NCBI GenBank assembly: GCA_043811995.1
Contig: JBDRMP010000055.1
Coordinates: 372-64,371 of the forward strand
Length of the DNA stretch: 64,000 nt
DNA from: Planctomycetota bacterium
GTDB lineage: Bacteria > Planctomycetota > Phycisphaerae > Sedimentisphaerales > Anaerobacaceae
Reading direction: 5' to 3'
Shown: positions 27,773-37,495 of the stretch, one piece after another
How positions within the stretch are numbered: position 1 is the stretch's first letter
Layout: every line of letters starts with the position of its first letter
The notes under the pieces: generated by a model
The model's database searches: none
What the model saw: only the letters and a program-made list of their open reading frames with translations
Told to the model about the DNA's origin: nothing
Translations under genes and position numbers: made by a program

Positions 27773-28975
27773 ATGATAAACAAAATACTGCTGTCTATCG
27801 CGTTGGCAGCCCTTGTCCTTATGGCGTTCGGCTGCCACAAACCACAGGCACGTGTCCTGGCCCCTCCCCAATACGACAGACCTCTCGCCCCGGGCCAGTT
27901 GGCGCTGCGAAAAATCACTAACCCCGCCGATATCCCCGATTTCACGGATGCCTGTCACAACCTCACGAATCTTTCTGCTTCCATCGACAACTCGCTCAAT
28001 TATCTCAAAAAACCCTCAAGCCAGCGTTTTTTCCCATACGCCGACATTACTCACGAACACGCCGTACGCTCGCTTACCGCGTTCAAAGACCTGCTAAACT
28101 CGGGCCTGACGGGTCGGCAGCTCAACGACGCTATCCGTCAGCGATTCGATGTCTATGAGTCCGTCGGATGCGATGATATGGGCACTGTCCTTTTCACTGG
28201 CTACTACACCCCCATTTTCGACGGCTCAACTGCTAAAACAGCACAATTCCAATACCCCCTCTACCGCCAGCCGGATGACCTCGTAAAAGGCGCAGATGGC
28301 CAGATACTCGGCAGACGAAGCCTCGACGACCAGATAACTCCCTATCCCGCACGCGCCGAAATCGAAAATTCTAATATGCTGACCGGCTCGGAAATCGTCT
28401 GGCTCGACGACCCTTTCAAATGCTATGTCGCACAGGTCCAGGGCTCCGCAATTATTCGCTCGCCAGATGGTCAGCTCGTCACTTATGGCTACGCCGCAAA
28501 CAACGGTTATGACTATGTGAGCATCAATAAGATTCTCGTTAACGAAGGCAAAATCACATCTGACCGCTTAAACTTGGATTCTTTAATTGATTTCTTCAAG
28601 GCCAACTCTTCATTAGTCCGCCAATATACGCAGCTTAATCCGAGGTTCGTCTTTTTTAAGCAGTCAAGCGAAAGCACCCCTCGCGGCAGCTTGAATGAGC
28701 CGGTTACCCCTTATAGAAGCATCGCCACCGACAAATCCATTTACCCACGCGCCTGCCTGACGTTTTTCACTACAAAACTTCCGCGTCAGATTGGCAATAT
28801 GACCTATAACGACCCGTTCGCCGGCTTCGCCCTCGACCAGGACACGGGCGGCGCAATCCGAGCGGCGGGCCGATGCGATATCTACCTCGGCATAGGCGAT
28901 GAGGCGGGTAAGCTCGCCGGCCAGACCTATCAGGAAGGCCGACTCTATTACCTCTTCCCAAAACCCGGCTCCTGA
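27773..28975 (+). CDS. mltA: membrane-bound lytic murein transglycosylase A
   Basis: Lipoprotein signal (LVLMAFGC). FTGYYTPIFDGS..., GSAIIRSPDGQLVTYGYAANNGYDYVSI and a 3D-domain end DQDTGGAIRAAGRCDIYLGIG are the MltA hallmarks. Confidence 0.9.
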   Translation: MINKILLSIALAALVLMAFGCHKPQARVLAPPQYDRPLAPGQLALRKITNPADIPDFTDACHNLTNLSASIDNSLNYLKKPSSQRFFPYADITHEHAVRSLTAFKDLLNSGLTGRQLNDAIRQRFDVYESVGCDDMGTVLFTGYYTPIFDGSTAKTAQFQYPLYRQPDDLVKGADGQILGRRSLDDQITPYPARAEIENSNMLTGSEIVWLDDPFKCYVAQVQGSAIIRSPDGQLVTYGYAANNGYDYVSINKILVNEGKITSDRLNLDSLIDFFKANSSLVRQYTQLNPRFVFFKQSSESTPRGSLNEPVTPYRSIATDKSIYPRACLTFFTTKLPRQIGNMTYNDPFAGFALDQDTGGAIRAAGRCDIYLGIGDEAGKLAGQTYQEGRLYYLFPKPGS

Positions 28976-29030
28976 TACCTTTACGGCAATACGCAACTTT
29001 CCTTTACAGCCGCCGTATATATTTCGTATA

Positions 29031-29420
29031 ATGCCTCAAATGGCCGGAAAAATCATAATCGACAAGGAACGCTGCAAGGGCTGCACCCTTTGTGTTGCGG
29101 TGTGCCCCCATAATGTAATTACGCTTTCTGACAAGGCCAACAGCAAGGGGTATTTCCCCGCTGAGGCCACCGGCCCCAACTGCACCGGCTGCGCAAACTG
29201 CGCTATCGTCTGCCCCGATGCTGCAATCGAGGTCTATCGAGACGGCGTCGTAAGCAATGTAAAATCCATCAACCCCGCTCGTCTTGGCATAGGCGACGAA
29301 AAGGCCAAAAAAGGATTTGATACTCTGAACTCTTCTTCGACCATAAAGCGAATAGATATGCCGAGCCGTAGCCGGGCTAAAAAAAACGAAATAAATAACC
29401 TCGTCAGGAAGTCAAAGTGA
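29031..29420 (+). CDS. 4Fe-4S dicluster ferredoxin subunit (delta) of 2-oxoacid:ferredoxin oxidoreductase
   Basis: Start trimmed to MPQMAGKIIIDKERCKGCTLCVAVCP...CTGCANCAIVCP (two CxxCxxCxxxCP motifs). There is an unusual ~55-aa basic C-terminal tail. The stop overlaps the alpha-subunit start (GTGA). Confidence 0.85.
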   Translation: MPQMAGKIIIDKERCKGCTLCVAVCPHNVITLSDKANSKGYFPAEATGPNCTGCANCAIVCPDAAIEVYRDGVVSNVKSINPARLGIGDEKAKKGFDTLNSSSTIKRIDMPSRSRAKKNEINNLVRKSK

Positions 29421-30484
29421 CTGACAGAATCTTAATGTGCGGTAATGAGGCGATGGCCGAGTCGGCCATACAGGCCGGGCTTGACGCGTACTTCGGCTAT
29501 CCCATCACGCCACAGAACGAAGTTACCGCCTATATGTCGAAAAGAATGCCTGAAGTGGGCAAGGTATTCATTCAGTCCGAGAGTGAGCTTGCTGCGATAA
29601 ATATGGTCTTTGGGGCATCAGCCACGGGCAAACGCACTATGACAAGCTCCTCAAGCCCCGGTATCAGCTTGATGCAGGAAGGTATAAGCTACTTAGCCGC
29701 TGCTGAACTGCCCTCAGTTATTGTCAATGTTATGCGGGGCGGCCCCGGCTTAGGCAATATCGCCCCATCCCAGGGCGATTATTTCCAGTCCGTAAAGGGC
29801 GGCGGGCACGGCGACTATCACTGTATCGTATTCGGCCCCGCCAGTGTCCAGGAGTTCGTCGATATTATGCCGCTTGCATTCGACCTGGCAGACCTCTACA
29901 GAATACCGGTTATAATTCTTGCCGACGGCTTACTCGGCCAAATGATGGAGCCGATTACAATCTCGAAAAAACCTCGCCCCAAGCTGCCTAAAAAGGACTG
30001 GGCCTTGACAGGAGCCGAAGGCAGAAAACAAAATATCGTCCGCTCGCTCTGGCTGGCAGACGGAGCCGTCGAGCAGCACAACTACGACCTGCAGACGAAA
30101 TATCGCCTAATCGAAAAAAATGAAACCCGCTACGAACAATACAAAATCGACGACGCCGACATAGTCATAGTGGCTTACGGTATCGCGGCCCGAATTGCCC
30201 GCGGCGCAATTGAAAAAGCCAGGAAGGCCGGTATCAAGGTTGGCATTATAAGGCCGATTACGCTCTGGCCTTTCCCGTCCGAGCAGATGAGCAAGACCGC
30301 GGAAAAAATGCCGATATTCCTTGTTGTTGAGATGAGCTGCGGCCAGATGGTCGAGGACGTTCGGCTGGCTGTCGCAGGCAAAGCGCCTGTCGTATTCTGG
30401 GGCAGGCCCGGCGGCGGCATACCAACGGTTGAACAGGTCCTCGAGGAAATCCGGCAACTCACGGTGCAAGCGAAGAAAAATTGA
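29417..30484 (+). CDS. 2-oxoacid:ferredoxin oxidoreductase, alpha subunit (KorA/VorB-like)
   Basis: ...GNEAMAESAIQAGLDAYFGYPITPQNEV...SELAAINMVFGASATGKRTMTSSSSPGISLM... is the typical OFOR alpha N-terminal domain. Confidence 0.88.
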   Translation: MTDRILMCGNEAMAESAIQAGLDAYFGYPITPQNEVTAYMSKRMPEVGKVFIQSESELAAINMVFGASATGKRTMTSSSSPGISLMQEGISYLAAAELPSVIVNVMRGGPGLGNIAPSQGDYFQSVKGGGHGDYHCIVFGPASVQEFVDIMPLAFDLADLYRIPVIILADGLLGQMMEPITISKKPRPKLPKKDWALTGAEGRKQNIVRSLWLADGAVEQHNYDLQTKYRLIEKNETRYEQYKIDDADIVIVAYGIAARIARGAIEKARKAGIKVGIIRPITLWPFPSEQMSKTAEKMPIFLVVEMSCGQMVEDVRLAVAGKAPVVFWGRPGGGIPTVEQVLEEIRQLTVQAKKN

Positions 30485-30491
30485 TTTCGTA

Positions 30492-30542
30492 AGCCCCCAA
30501 CTTTATGTTGGGGGTTAACCCCCAGGATAAACCTGGGGGCTT
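30492..30542 (+). promoter_or_regulatory. two tandem, near-identical stem-loops between the alpha and beta subunit genes
   Basis: Hairpin 1: CCCCCAAC (30494-30501), loop TTTAT, GTTGGGGG (30507-30514). Hairpin 2: CCCCCAGG (30519-30526), loop ATAAA, CCTGGGGG (30532-30539). Both have perfect 8-bp stems. Confidence 0.8.
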
Positions 30543-30571
30543 ATGGCGGTTACTACGGTAAAAAGAATGTG

Positions 30572-31309
30572 ATGATGCAAAAGGTTTTTACAAGACCGAC
30601 GACGCTTAAAGATTGCCCGACGCACTATTGCCCCGGCTGCGGCCACGGCATCGCTCATCGGCTCGTTGCCGAGATAATCGACGAATTAGGCATCCGCGGC
30701 AAGACCATCGGCATAGCGCCCGTCGGCTGCGCAGTGCTCGCTTATGATTATCTCGACGTCGATATGGTCGAGGTCGCTCACGGCAGGGCGCCAGCCGTCG
30801 CAACCGGTATGAAACGGACCAATCCCGACAAAGTCGTCTTCTCGTATCAGGGCGACGGCGACCTCGCCGCCATCGGCACCGGAGAAATCATTCACGCCGC
30901 ACACAGGGCGGAAAAATTAACAGTCGTTTTTATAAATAACGCCGTTTTCGGTATGACAGGCGGACAAATGGCGCCAACCACATTGTTAGGCCAAGTCACC
31001 GCAACCACTCCGAAGGGAAGACAAGCCGACGGCCAGGGTTATCCGTTGCAGGTTTGTGAGCTGTTATCGGTATTGCCGGGTGCAACCTATATCGAGCGAT
31101 GCGCACTTGCCAGCCCCAGCCATATCCGAAAGGCCAAAACCGCACTGAAGCACGCCTTCGAGCTGCAAATGAGTAACGCCAAGGGGCTTTCCTTCGTCGA
31201 ATTGCTCTCGTCCTGCCCGACCTACTGGCGATTGTCGCCGCCGGATGCTATGCTCCATATCCAAAACGAAATGACCAAGGTCTTCCCACTGGGCCGATTA
31301 AAGGGTTGA
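30572..31309 (+). CDS. 2-oxoacid:ferredoxin oxidoreductase, beta (TPP-binding) subunit
   Basis: ...HYCPGCGHGIAHRL...YQGDGDLAAIGTGEIIHAAHRAEKLTVVFINNAVFGMTGGQ is the TPP-binding GDG-x-N motif region. The track start is a GTG at 30569. Confidence 0.88.
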   Translation: MMQKVFTRPTTLKDCPTHYCPGCGHGIAHRLVAEIIDELGIRGKTIGIAPVGCAVLAYDYLDVDMVEVAHGRAPAVATGMKRTNPDKVVFSYQGDGDLAAIGTGEIIHAAHRAEKLTVVFINNAVFGMTGGQMAPTTLLGQVTATTPKGRQADGQGYPLQVCELLSVLPGATYIERCALASPSHIRKAKTALKHAFELQMSNAKGLSFVELLSSCPTYWRLSPPDAMLHIQNEMTKVFPLGRLKG

Positions 31310-31312
31310 CGG

Positions 31313-31879
31313 ATGCAAACAAACGGCTCCTGTGAACAAGTTGTTATCGCCGGCTTCGGCGGACAGGGGATTATCCTCGTCGGCAAGCTGCTTGCGCAGG
31401 CCGCGATGAAGGCGGGTAAAGAAGTAACCTATATGCCCTCATACGGCGCCGAAGTCAGAGGCGGCACGGCAAACTGTATGGTCATCATCGCCAAAGACCC
31501 CGTCTCATCGCCCGTTATTGATTCACCCGATACCGTAATTGCTATGAATAACGCCTCGCTTAATAAATTCGGCCCACGCCTGAAAAAAGGCGGCCTGCTT
31601 ATAATGAATAGCTCTCTGATTGACCAGTCGCCGCAATTAGATGACTCAATCGAAATAGTCCGATTGCCCGCCGACGAAATTGCCTTTGAGCTTGGCAGCA
31701 AGAAGGTCGCCAATATGGTCGTTCTCGGCGCTTTTCTGCAGAAGCGCGGACTGTTCAGCCCCGACCTGGCCGCCGACTGCCTGCCCGACGTCCTCGCCGA
31801 GCGTTATCACATAACAATACCGGTCAACAAAAAGGCGCTGCACAGAGGCGCTCAATTCATAAAAGACAACGGCGGATAA
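31313..31879 (+). CDS. 2-oxoacid:ferredoxin oxidoreductase, gamma subunit
   Basis: ...VVIAGFGGQGIILVGKLLAQAAMKAGKEVTYMPSYGAEVRGG... is the canonical OFOR gamma N-terminus. Confidence 0.88.
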   Translation: MQTNGSCEQVVIAGFGGQGIILVGKLLAQAAMKAGKEVTYMPSYGAEVRGGTANCMVIIAKDPVSSPVIDSPDTVIAMNNASLNKFGPRLKKGGLLIMNSSLIDQSPQLDDSIEIVRLPADEIAFELGSKKVANMVVLGAFLQKRGLFSPDLAADCLPDVLAERYHITIPVNKKALHRGAQFIKDNGG

Positions 31880-31908
31880 ATTTTACCACCGCTGTCAGGG
31901 ATGAAAGC

Positions 31909-32424
31909 GTGGATATATTCGGACACATAAATAAGGCAAACATCTTCAGCCGTCAAAACGGCCACCATCGCTCAAATACGGGTCTGCGAATGGCGCCGAT
32001 GATTGATATGATTTTCCTGCTGCTGATTTTCTTCCTCGTCGCCGCGAAGTGGAGGCCAAAAGAGGATTTCCTCCCGTTACAGCTTGCAACCGCCGGTTTC
32101 GGAGCTCAGGCCATCGGCAAACCCGAGCCGCTGCTAATCCAAATCTCACAGGCCGATGCTGTTTGCCGCGTTCAAATCGGCTCTCTTTATGCCGTGGATA
32201 TACCCGCACAAAATCCTGAGCAGGGACTTGCAAATCTGATTAAAAAAACCAGACAGTGCCTGCACGAACAGAAACGATATGCTACCGACCCCATCGAAAT
32301 AATTTGCGCCCCCGACGTGAAATGGGAGAATCTCGCCAAAATCTACAGTGTCTTTGTCGGTATGGGATTAAACGACATTACTTTCCAAATGACTGAGGCA
32401 TCGAACGATGAATCGGCCAGGTAA
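31909..32424 (+). CDS. exbD: ExbD/TolR family biopolymer transport protein (no adjacent ExbB)
   Basis: ...RMAPMIDMIFLLLIFFLVAA... is the ExbD TM signature, followed by a periplasmic domain. GTG start at 31909, uncertain. Confidence 0.75.
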   Translation: MDIFGHINKANIFSRQNGHHRSNTGLRMAPMIDMIFLLLIFFLVAAKWRPKEDFLPLQLATAGFGAQAIGKPEPLLIQISQADAVCRVQIGSLYAVDIPAQNPEQGLANLIKKTRQCLHEQKRYATDPIEIICAPDVKWENLAKIYSVFVGMGLNDITFQMTEASNDESAR

Positions 32425-34510
32425 CGTCAGCCGGCTGTTCGTTTTTATCCTTCTTTTGACGACTACGTCTTTTGCAAATCCGCCTTCTCCTGAATCCATT
32501 CAGCAGATTATCAGCGCCTCTAAATTAGAATGGGAGAAATTTGAAGACAAAAGTTTTATGCTGCGAATGCAGTTTGACCTGTCGGGCCGATTGCTCAACG
32601 ACAGGGATAAGACATTTTTCTGTGAGCTCGCCGCAAACGCACGAAACCAGCTTGACCAATACGTGAATCAACAACAATCAATGCTCGAACAAATCGAGAA
32701 ATATGAGGGTGCGGACTGGGAACAAAAATATGGCTCTACGGGACTTTGGCGACAGCTTGCCGCTGCCGTCGAAACAACAAAATTAAACCAAGCGCAAATC
32801 GATTACCTCTATTCGATTATTTGTGAAAATTTGCAACCCTCCGACCTCGTTAGGGAAAAGCTTTTCAAAAGAAAATTAAGGTCTGATTTGAGCTTGTGCG
32901 AGGTGCTGAAGGTATCAATAGAGCAAATCAAATACTTCGGTCCTTCCGAGCCGAATGAACTGAACGATGTTGCTCAATCCCTGGCTAAAAGCGAATGTAA
33001 AGACGACCCGGAAATGCTGCTCACGCTGGTAATCCTTCAACACAGGTATTCTCCCGATGAGCTTCGGAACACATTGTCGCACTCTCCACAGACCGCAATT
33101 TTGCTGGGTAAATTGCTCCTCGCAGATTTTTCGAGCCGATTCTCACAATCGCCCGCAGACGTTAATTTAGAATTGGTTAGTTCCTTCGATGTGGAATTGG
33201 CCGCAGTTGCCGCATTGCAGGAAGGTCCGAAGTCGTATGCCGACCTTATAGCAACACTGGCTCAAAACGACAGATTTCAAACCCCGGCCGTTCTCTATGC
33301 GGCGGCGATATTGTGTCAGGATGCCCGGCCCCAAAAGACAGTTGAGCTGCTGATTAAAGCAAGCAATTCCCAATTGCAGCAACGAAACCAGCTGCTCGCA
33401 ATCACTCCCGAGCAAATAGCCGAACAGGCGTTTAACGTTGCATATTACGCCTTTACACAGGACCCGAACAATTGTAAGCCGGCCATAGACGCCTTTGATA
33501 ACTACTCCCGAATCGCCTCGGAGAGAATAAATGAGCAGACGCAATATCTGTATGGCGTTTTGCTCTGCAATTGCAACAGGATAAGCGAAGCGGCCGAAGT
33601 GTTCAGACGGCTGGCAAATCAATCGCAATCAATTTGGCGTGACGCTGCGAGTCTCGAATTGCTCAAAATAGAGCTTAACACAACCACTGCTCCGACAGAT
33701 CTTACACGACTGCACGATTTCATCCTCACCTGCACGCGACCAGAGGAGCAAGAAACCCAAATCCGCCGCGATGCGATGAACATATATTGTCAACTCCTTC
33801 TCCACCGGGATAGCTCCGATGCTGCTGCAAAGATCCTCGATATTCTCAACGCCGCCGAACCAACTCCAGGCCTGCGATATGACCTGTTCAGGGCACAATC
33901 ATTTTGGAAATTAGGCCGACTGGAAGAATCAGCTCGATATATGTCAAAAGCCGTCAACGAGAACAACAACTCATTGACACCTCTCGCAGGACAAATAACA
34001 TATGAAATCCTAAATAAAATTGAGATCTGGCAACAGAACGCTCTTGATTTCAACCAAATGCTGCTCGACTGCAACACACTGGCCGAATTCGCACACAAAT
34101 CCATAGACAACCGACAAACCGCCCTGTTGCTTGCCGAATCATCAATCCTTCGGGGCGACCTCAACTTGGCACAATCTCTGCTTAACCTATTGGCCGACGA
34201 AAACGACATTGGCTGGCTGCGACCACAAGCCCGATTACTGATGGCACGAGGCGAATTCGAACAATCCGCCAAACTCTGGGCCAGAATAACCGAACTGAGA
34301 CGAAACGATATGACCGAATTGAACCGGAAAAGCTATGGCTGGTGGCAGGCCAAATTTTACGAGCTTGACTGCCTCGCAAAATCCCCCGATGCAGACAAAC
34401 AAAATATCGCTCATACTATCGACGTGCTTTTTAACAGTTTATCCTATATTCCCCCACTATGGGCTCAAAAACTTGAATTGCTGAAAAAGCAGCTCCCGAA
34501 TAATCCCTGA
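32408..34510 (+). CDS. secreted all-helical (TPR-like) protein, unknown function
   Basis: 700 aa. Signal peptide SRLFVFILLLTTTSFANPP. Leu/Ala/Gln-rich helical repeats throughout. Overlaps the exbD stop by 17 nt. Confidence 0.7.
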   Translation: MNRPGNVSRLFVFILLLTTTSFANPPSPESIQQIISASKLEWEKFEDKSFMLRMQFDLSGRLLNDRDKTFFCELAANARNQLDQYVNQQQSMLEQIEKYEGADWEQKYGSTGLWRQLAAAVETTKLNQAQIDYLYSIICENLQPSDLVREKLFKRKLRSDLSLCEVLKVSIEQIKYFGPSEPNELNDVAQSLAKSECKDDPEMLLTLVILQHRYSPDELRNTLSHSPQTAILLGKLLLADFSSRFSQSPADVNLELVSSFDVELAAVAALQEGPKSYADLIATLAQNDRFQTPAVLYAAAILCQDARPQKTVELLIKASNSQLQQRNQLLAITPEQIAEQAFNVAYYAFTQDPNNCKPAIDAFDNYSRIASERINEQTQYLYGVLLCNCNRISEAAEVFRRLANQSQSIWRDAASLELLKIELNTTTAPTDLTRLHDFILTCTRPEEQETQIRRDAMNIYCQLLLHRDSSDAAAKILDILNAAEPTPGLRYDLFRAQSFWKLGRLEESARYMSKAVNENNNSLTPLAGQITYEILNKIEIWQQNALDFNQMLLDCNTLAEFAHKSIDNRQTALLLAESSILRGDLNLAQSLLNLLADENDIGWLRPQARLLMARGEFEQSAKLWARITELRRNDMTELNRKSYGWWQAKFYELDCLAKSPDADKQNIAHTIDVLFNSLSYIPPLWAQKLELLKKQLPNNP

Positions 34511-34528
34511 TTCCAATACCAAATCAAG

Positions 34529-34557
34529 TTGCAGTGAACCATCGGCCGATTTACAAT
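34529..34557 (+). promoter_or_regulatory. sigma-70-like promoter candidate for clpX
   Basis: TTGCAG (34529-34534), 17-nt spacer, TACAAT (34552-34557), about 45 nt upstream of the clpX ATG. Confidence 0.45.
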
Positions 34558-34603
34558 ATATAGTATAACAATGCTGAAACTTTACTCTGTGTCAGGATGA
34601 CAA

Positions 34604-35878
34604 ATGGCAAAACAATCGGATAACCAAAGAACAAGGGCCGTATGCAGCTTCTGCGGCAAGGCAAACAACCAGCGGGAGGCCTTCATCGAAGGCCCTAACA
34701 AGGTCTATATCTGCCCCGACTGCGTCGGACTCTGCAGCGACATTATCAGGCAAAACCGCAAACAGGCCAGCAGGGCGGCAATCGGCAGCAAAAAACTGCC
34801 CATACCCAGAGAAATAAAAGAATATCTCGACCAGTACGTTATTGGCCAGGAGCACGCCAAAAAATATCTCGCCGTGGCGGTCCACAATCACTACAAGCGG
34901 TTGCGCCACGTGGATAGTCAAAATAGCGACGTTGAGGTGGACAAATCCAACGTCCTGCTTATTGGTCCCACCGGCTCAGGCAAAACTCTGCTGGCTAAAA
35001 CGCTGGCGCGGTTCCTCGACGTCCCCTTTGCAATCTGCGATGCCACCACCGTCACCGAGGCCGGCTACGTCGGCGAAGACGTCGAAAATTTCCTCCTTCG
35101 ACTCCTGCAGAATGCCGACTTCGACCTCGAAGCCGCGCAGCGGGGAATCGTCTATATCGACGAAATCGACAAAGTAGGAAAGACCTCCCAGAACATCTCA
35201 ATCACAAGAGACGTCTCCGGCGAGGGGGTCCAGCAGGCGCTTCTCAAAATGCTCGAAGGAACTACCGCCAATATCCCGCCGCAGGGAGGCCGTAAACACC
35301 CCGAGCAAAGTTATATCCAGATGGACACTACGCACATCCTGTTCATCTGTGGCGGCACGTTCGTCGGGCTGGAAAATATCGTCAAGAAACGCTTAGGCAA
35401 AAAAATGATTGGCTTCGACTCCGAGCTTTCCGGCAAAACCGACAACAAAAAAGATTACAGCGATATTATTAAACAGGTCATCCCCGAAGATATTATCGAG
35501 TATGGGATGATTCCCGAAATGGTAGGCCGCCTCCCTGTCATCACTACGCTGTCCGCGCTCGACGAGCAGGCCCTCATCGACATCCTGACCAAACCCAAAA
35601 ACGCCCTCGTCCGACAGTATCAGCGTTTCTTCGAGATGGAAAATGCCGAGCTCGAATTTACCGACGGCGCCCTGCACGCCCTGGCCAAAAAGGCGCTCCA
35701 GCGGGACACCGGCGCACGTGCCCTTCGCGCTATCGCCGAAGAGCTGATGGTCGATTTGATGTATCGGCTGCCCGAAGAAGCAAACCCGGCAAAATACGTA
35801 ATCACGGAAAGTATTGTCGAAGGAAAAGCAGACCTCGCCACCGCAAAACAAAAATCCGCAAAAAAAGAATCCGCGTAG
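34604..35878 (+). CDS. clpX: ATP-dependent Clp protease ATP-binding subunit ClpX
   Basis: Zinc-binding N-terminus CSFCGK...CPDC. Walker [12 protein letters not shown], Walker [13 protein letters not shown]-like loop region and sensor motifs. Confidence 0.95.
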   Translation: MAKQSDNQRTRAVCSFCGKANNQREAFIEGPNKVYICPDCVGLCSDIIRQNRKQASRAAIGSKKLPIPREIKEYLDQYVIGQEHAKKYLAVAVHNHYKRLRHVDSQNSDVEVDKSNVLLIGPTGSGKTLLAKTLARFLDVPFAICDATTVTEAGYVGEDVENFLLRLLQNADFDLEAAQRGIVYIDEIDKVGKTSQNISITRDVSGEGVQQALLKMLEGTTANIPPQGGRKHPEQSYIQMDTTHILFICGGTFVGLENIVKKRLGKKMIGFDSELSGKTDNKKDYSDIIKQVIPEDIIEYGMIPEMVGRLPVITTLSALDEQALIDILTKPKNALVRQYQRFFEMENAELEFTDGALHALAKKALQRDTGARALRAIAEELMVDLMYRLPEEANPAKYVITESIVEGKADLATAKQKSAKKESA

Positions 35879-35939
35879 GAAACCACATCTGATGCCCCAA
35901 ACACACCTCTCACACAAAAAATTATCAAAGGAGCACAAA

Positions 35940-37016
35940 ATGCTTTCACGAAAGCAAATCACGTATCTCGTATTAGGCATTATCATAACCATATCCTGCA
36001 ATCTGTCAGCCAAACCAATAAAATGTTTTGTCCCATCCAAGCCCTGGGCCGTCACCATAGACCTCGGCGACTTTGAGCCGGCCGAATTCCTCGGACCCAA
36101 GACAATTCTTGGTGGTAACACCAAAGACGGGCTAAATTTAACCATTATTATCGAAATAACAAAACCGGGCACAAACCCTGTCGAAATGAGAAAACTTTAT
36201 GGCTATAGATATGCCCTTGGCGCCGGTCAAAAAGAAACTATCGAAGAAATCGACCTCAATGACATCGCAGTAATTACATACAAATGGGCAACACCAGCTC
36301 TCCCCGATGTTAATAAAGCAGTTCAAAACCGAGTAAAAGAATGGTCGGAGAATACGTGGGGCTTCAATGGTTATATTGTCAAAGACGATGTCGCCTTTGA
36401 CATCCATCTCTCCGCCGATATGAACAAGCACACAAAAGCACAGATGCTCGATATAATCAAATCATTCCAGATTGCGCCTTCGACGGAGCAGGAAGAATTC
36501 CTCAAATTGAGAAACACGCTCGCCTCCTCTTTAACTGACCAGGAAAAGGTCAAGTTCGCGAACGACTTCGCCCAAAAATATCCTGCAAATCCCGATATCC
36601 AGTTTATGCTCGGTGAACACTATTTCGCAAAAAAGAACCACCAAAAAGCAAGGATGTCTTATCTCCAGGCACTCGACAACCACAAGATACAACCCATAAC
36701 CAATCCGCAGGTAATGCTGCTGTGCTATGACGGGTTAGGGATGTGCGGCGGCATCTTAAAGGAATACGAACTGGCTGAAAAATATCTCAAGGCCGGCTAT
36801 GATTTGGCCAAGACAATCGAAGAACGGGAATATATCGGGCTATTGGCCTATAATCTCGCTTGCTTATACGCCGAGACCGGTAAACTCGAGGAGAGTGTCA
36901 AATATCTCAGCGAGGCCATCACAATAAATCGGGAATGCAAAGAAGAAGCAAAGCAGGACTCTTCATTTGACAAAATCCGAGATGATATTAGGTTCAAAAA
37001 TCTTGTCGGCAAATGA
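35940..37016 (+). CDS. secreted protein or lipoprotein with a C-terminal TPR domain
   Basis: AAAGGAG RBS before the ATG at 35940. Signal sequence MLSRKQITYLVLGIIITISCNLSA. C-terminal TPR units ending ...DSSFDKIRDDIRFKNLV. The track ORF start at 35814 overlaps the clpX 3' end and is rejected. Confidence 0.7.
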   Translation: MLSRKQITYLVLGIIITISCNLSAKPIKCFVPSKPWAVTIDLGDFEPAEFLGPKTILGGNTKDGLNLTIIIEITKPGTNPVEMRKLYGYRYALGAGQKETIEEIDLNDIAVITYKWATPALPDVNKAVQNRVKEWSENTWGFNGYIVKDDVAFDIHLSADMNKHTKAQMLDIIKSFQIAPSTEQEEFLKLRNTLASSLTDQEKVKFANDFAQKYPANPDIQFMLGEHYFAKKNHQKARMSYLQALDNHKIQPITNPQVMLLCYDGLGMCGGILKEYELAEKYLKAGYDLAKTIEEREYIGLLAYNLACLYAETGKLEESVKYLSEAITINRECKEEAKQDSSFDKIRDDIRFKNLVGK

Positions 37017-37018
37017 AA

Positions 37019-37495
37019 TCACTGCGAATCCGCCTGTCCGTCCCTAATTACCGCTAAGCGGATGTCTGTTGCGTTGCTTTTGGCCAATGCCGCCAAAGCG
37101 TATTGCGCCTCGGAATAGGCAACGTCCTTGTCGATTCGCAATGTTACGGTCCTGTTTTCGGACGGGAGTGTCTTCAGCCGTTCATTTATCAGTCCGGAAA
37201 GTTTGTCTGCAACTTCAGCGTAGTTTGACGCCTGGATTTTTTCGCTACCAACCGCAAATTCGCTCATCGCGCCGTCGGTCTTCATAACTGTGACCGTCGT
37301 AGATGCCGTCTGCGTTTCGACATCGCTCTGGGCGTTCTCGCAGCCCGTCGGTACCGCGACAGGGAAATTCTCCGCCTCGATGAATTTGCAGACCACCGCG
37401 AAGAAAATTATCAGTAGAAACACGATATCAATCACCGGCGTCAGGTTAAACGCCGGCTCATTACCGCTGGTTACGTTTATAATTCTCGAACGCAT
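37019..37495 (-). CDS. exbD: ExbD/TolR family protein
   Basis: ...PAFNLTPVIDIVFLLIIFFAVV... is the ExbD signature. The ATG at 37495 overlaps the exbB stop (TGATG). Confidence 0.85.
   Translation of the reverse strand: MRSRIINVTSGNEPAFNLTPVIDIVFLLIIFFAVVCKFIEAENFPVAVPTGCENAQSDVETQTASTTVTVMKTDGAMSEFAVGSEKIQASNYAEVADKLSGLINERLKTLPSENRTVTLRIDKDVAYSEAQYALAALAKSNATDIRLAVIRDGQADSQ

Noticed and set aside
28899-29030. N-terminal 44-codon extension of the ferredoxin subunit ORF, overlapping the mltA 3' end.
   Set aside because: The extension is Pro/Ser-rich, overlaps mltA and precedes a clean Met immediately before the first CxxCxxCxxxCP motif.
35393-36172. 259-aa minus-strand ORF spanning the clpX 3' end and the next gene's 5' end.
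   Set aside because: It is antisense to clpX, whose identity is unambiguous, and has no signal, motif or RBS.
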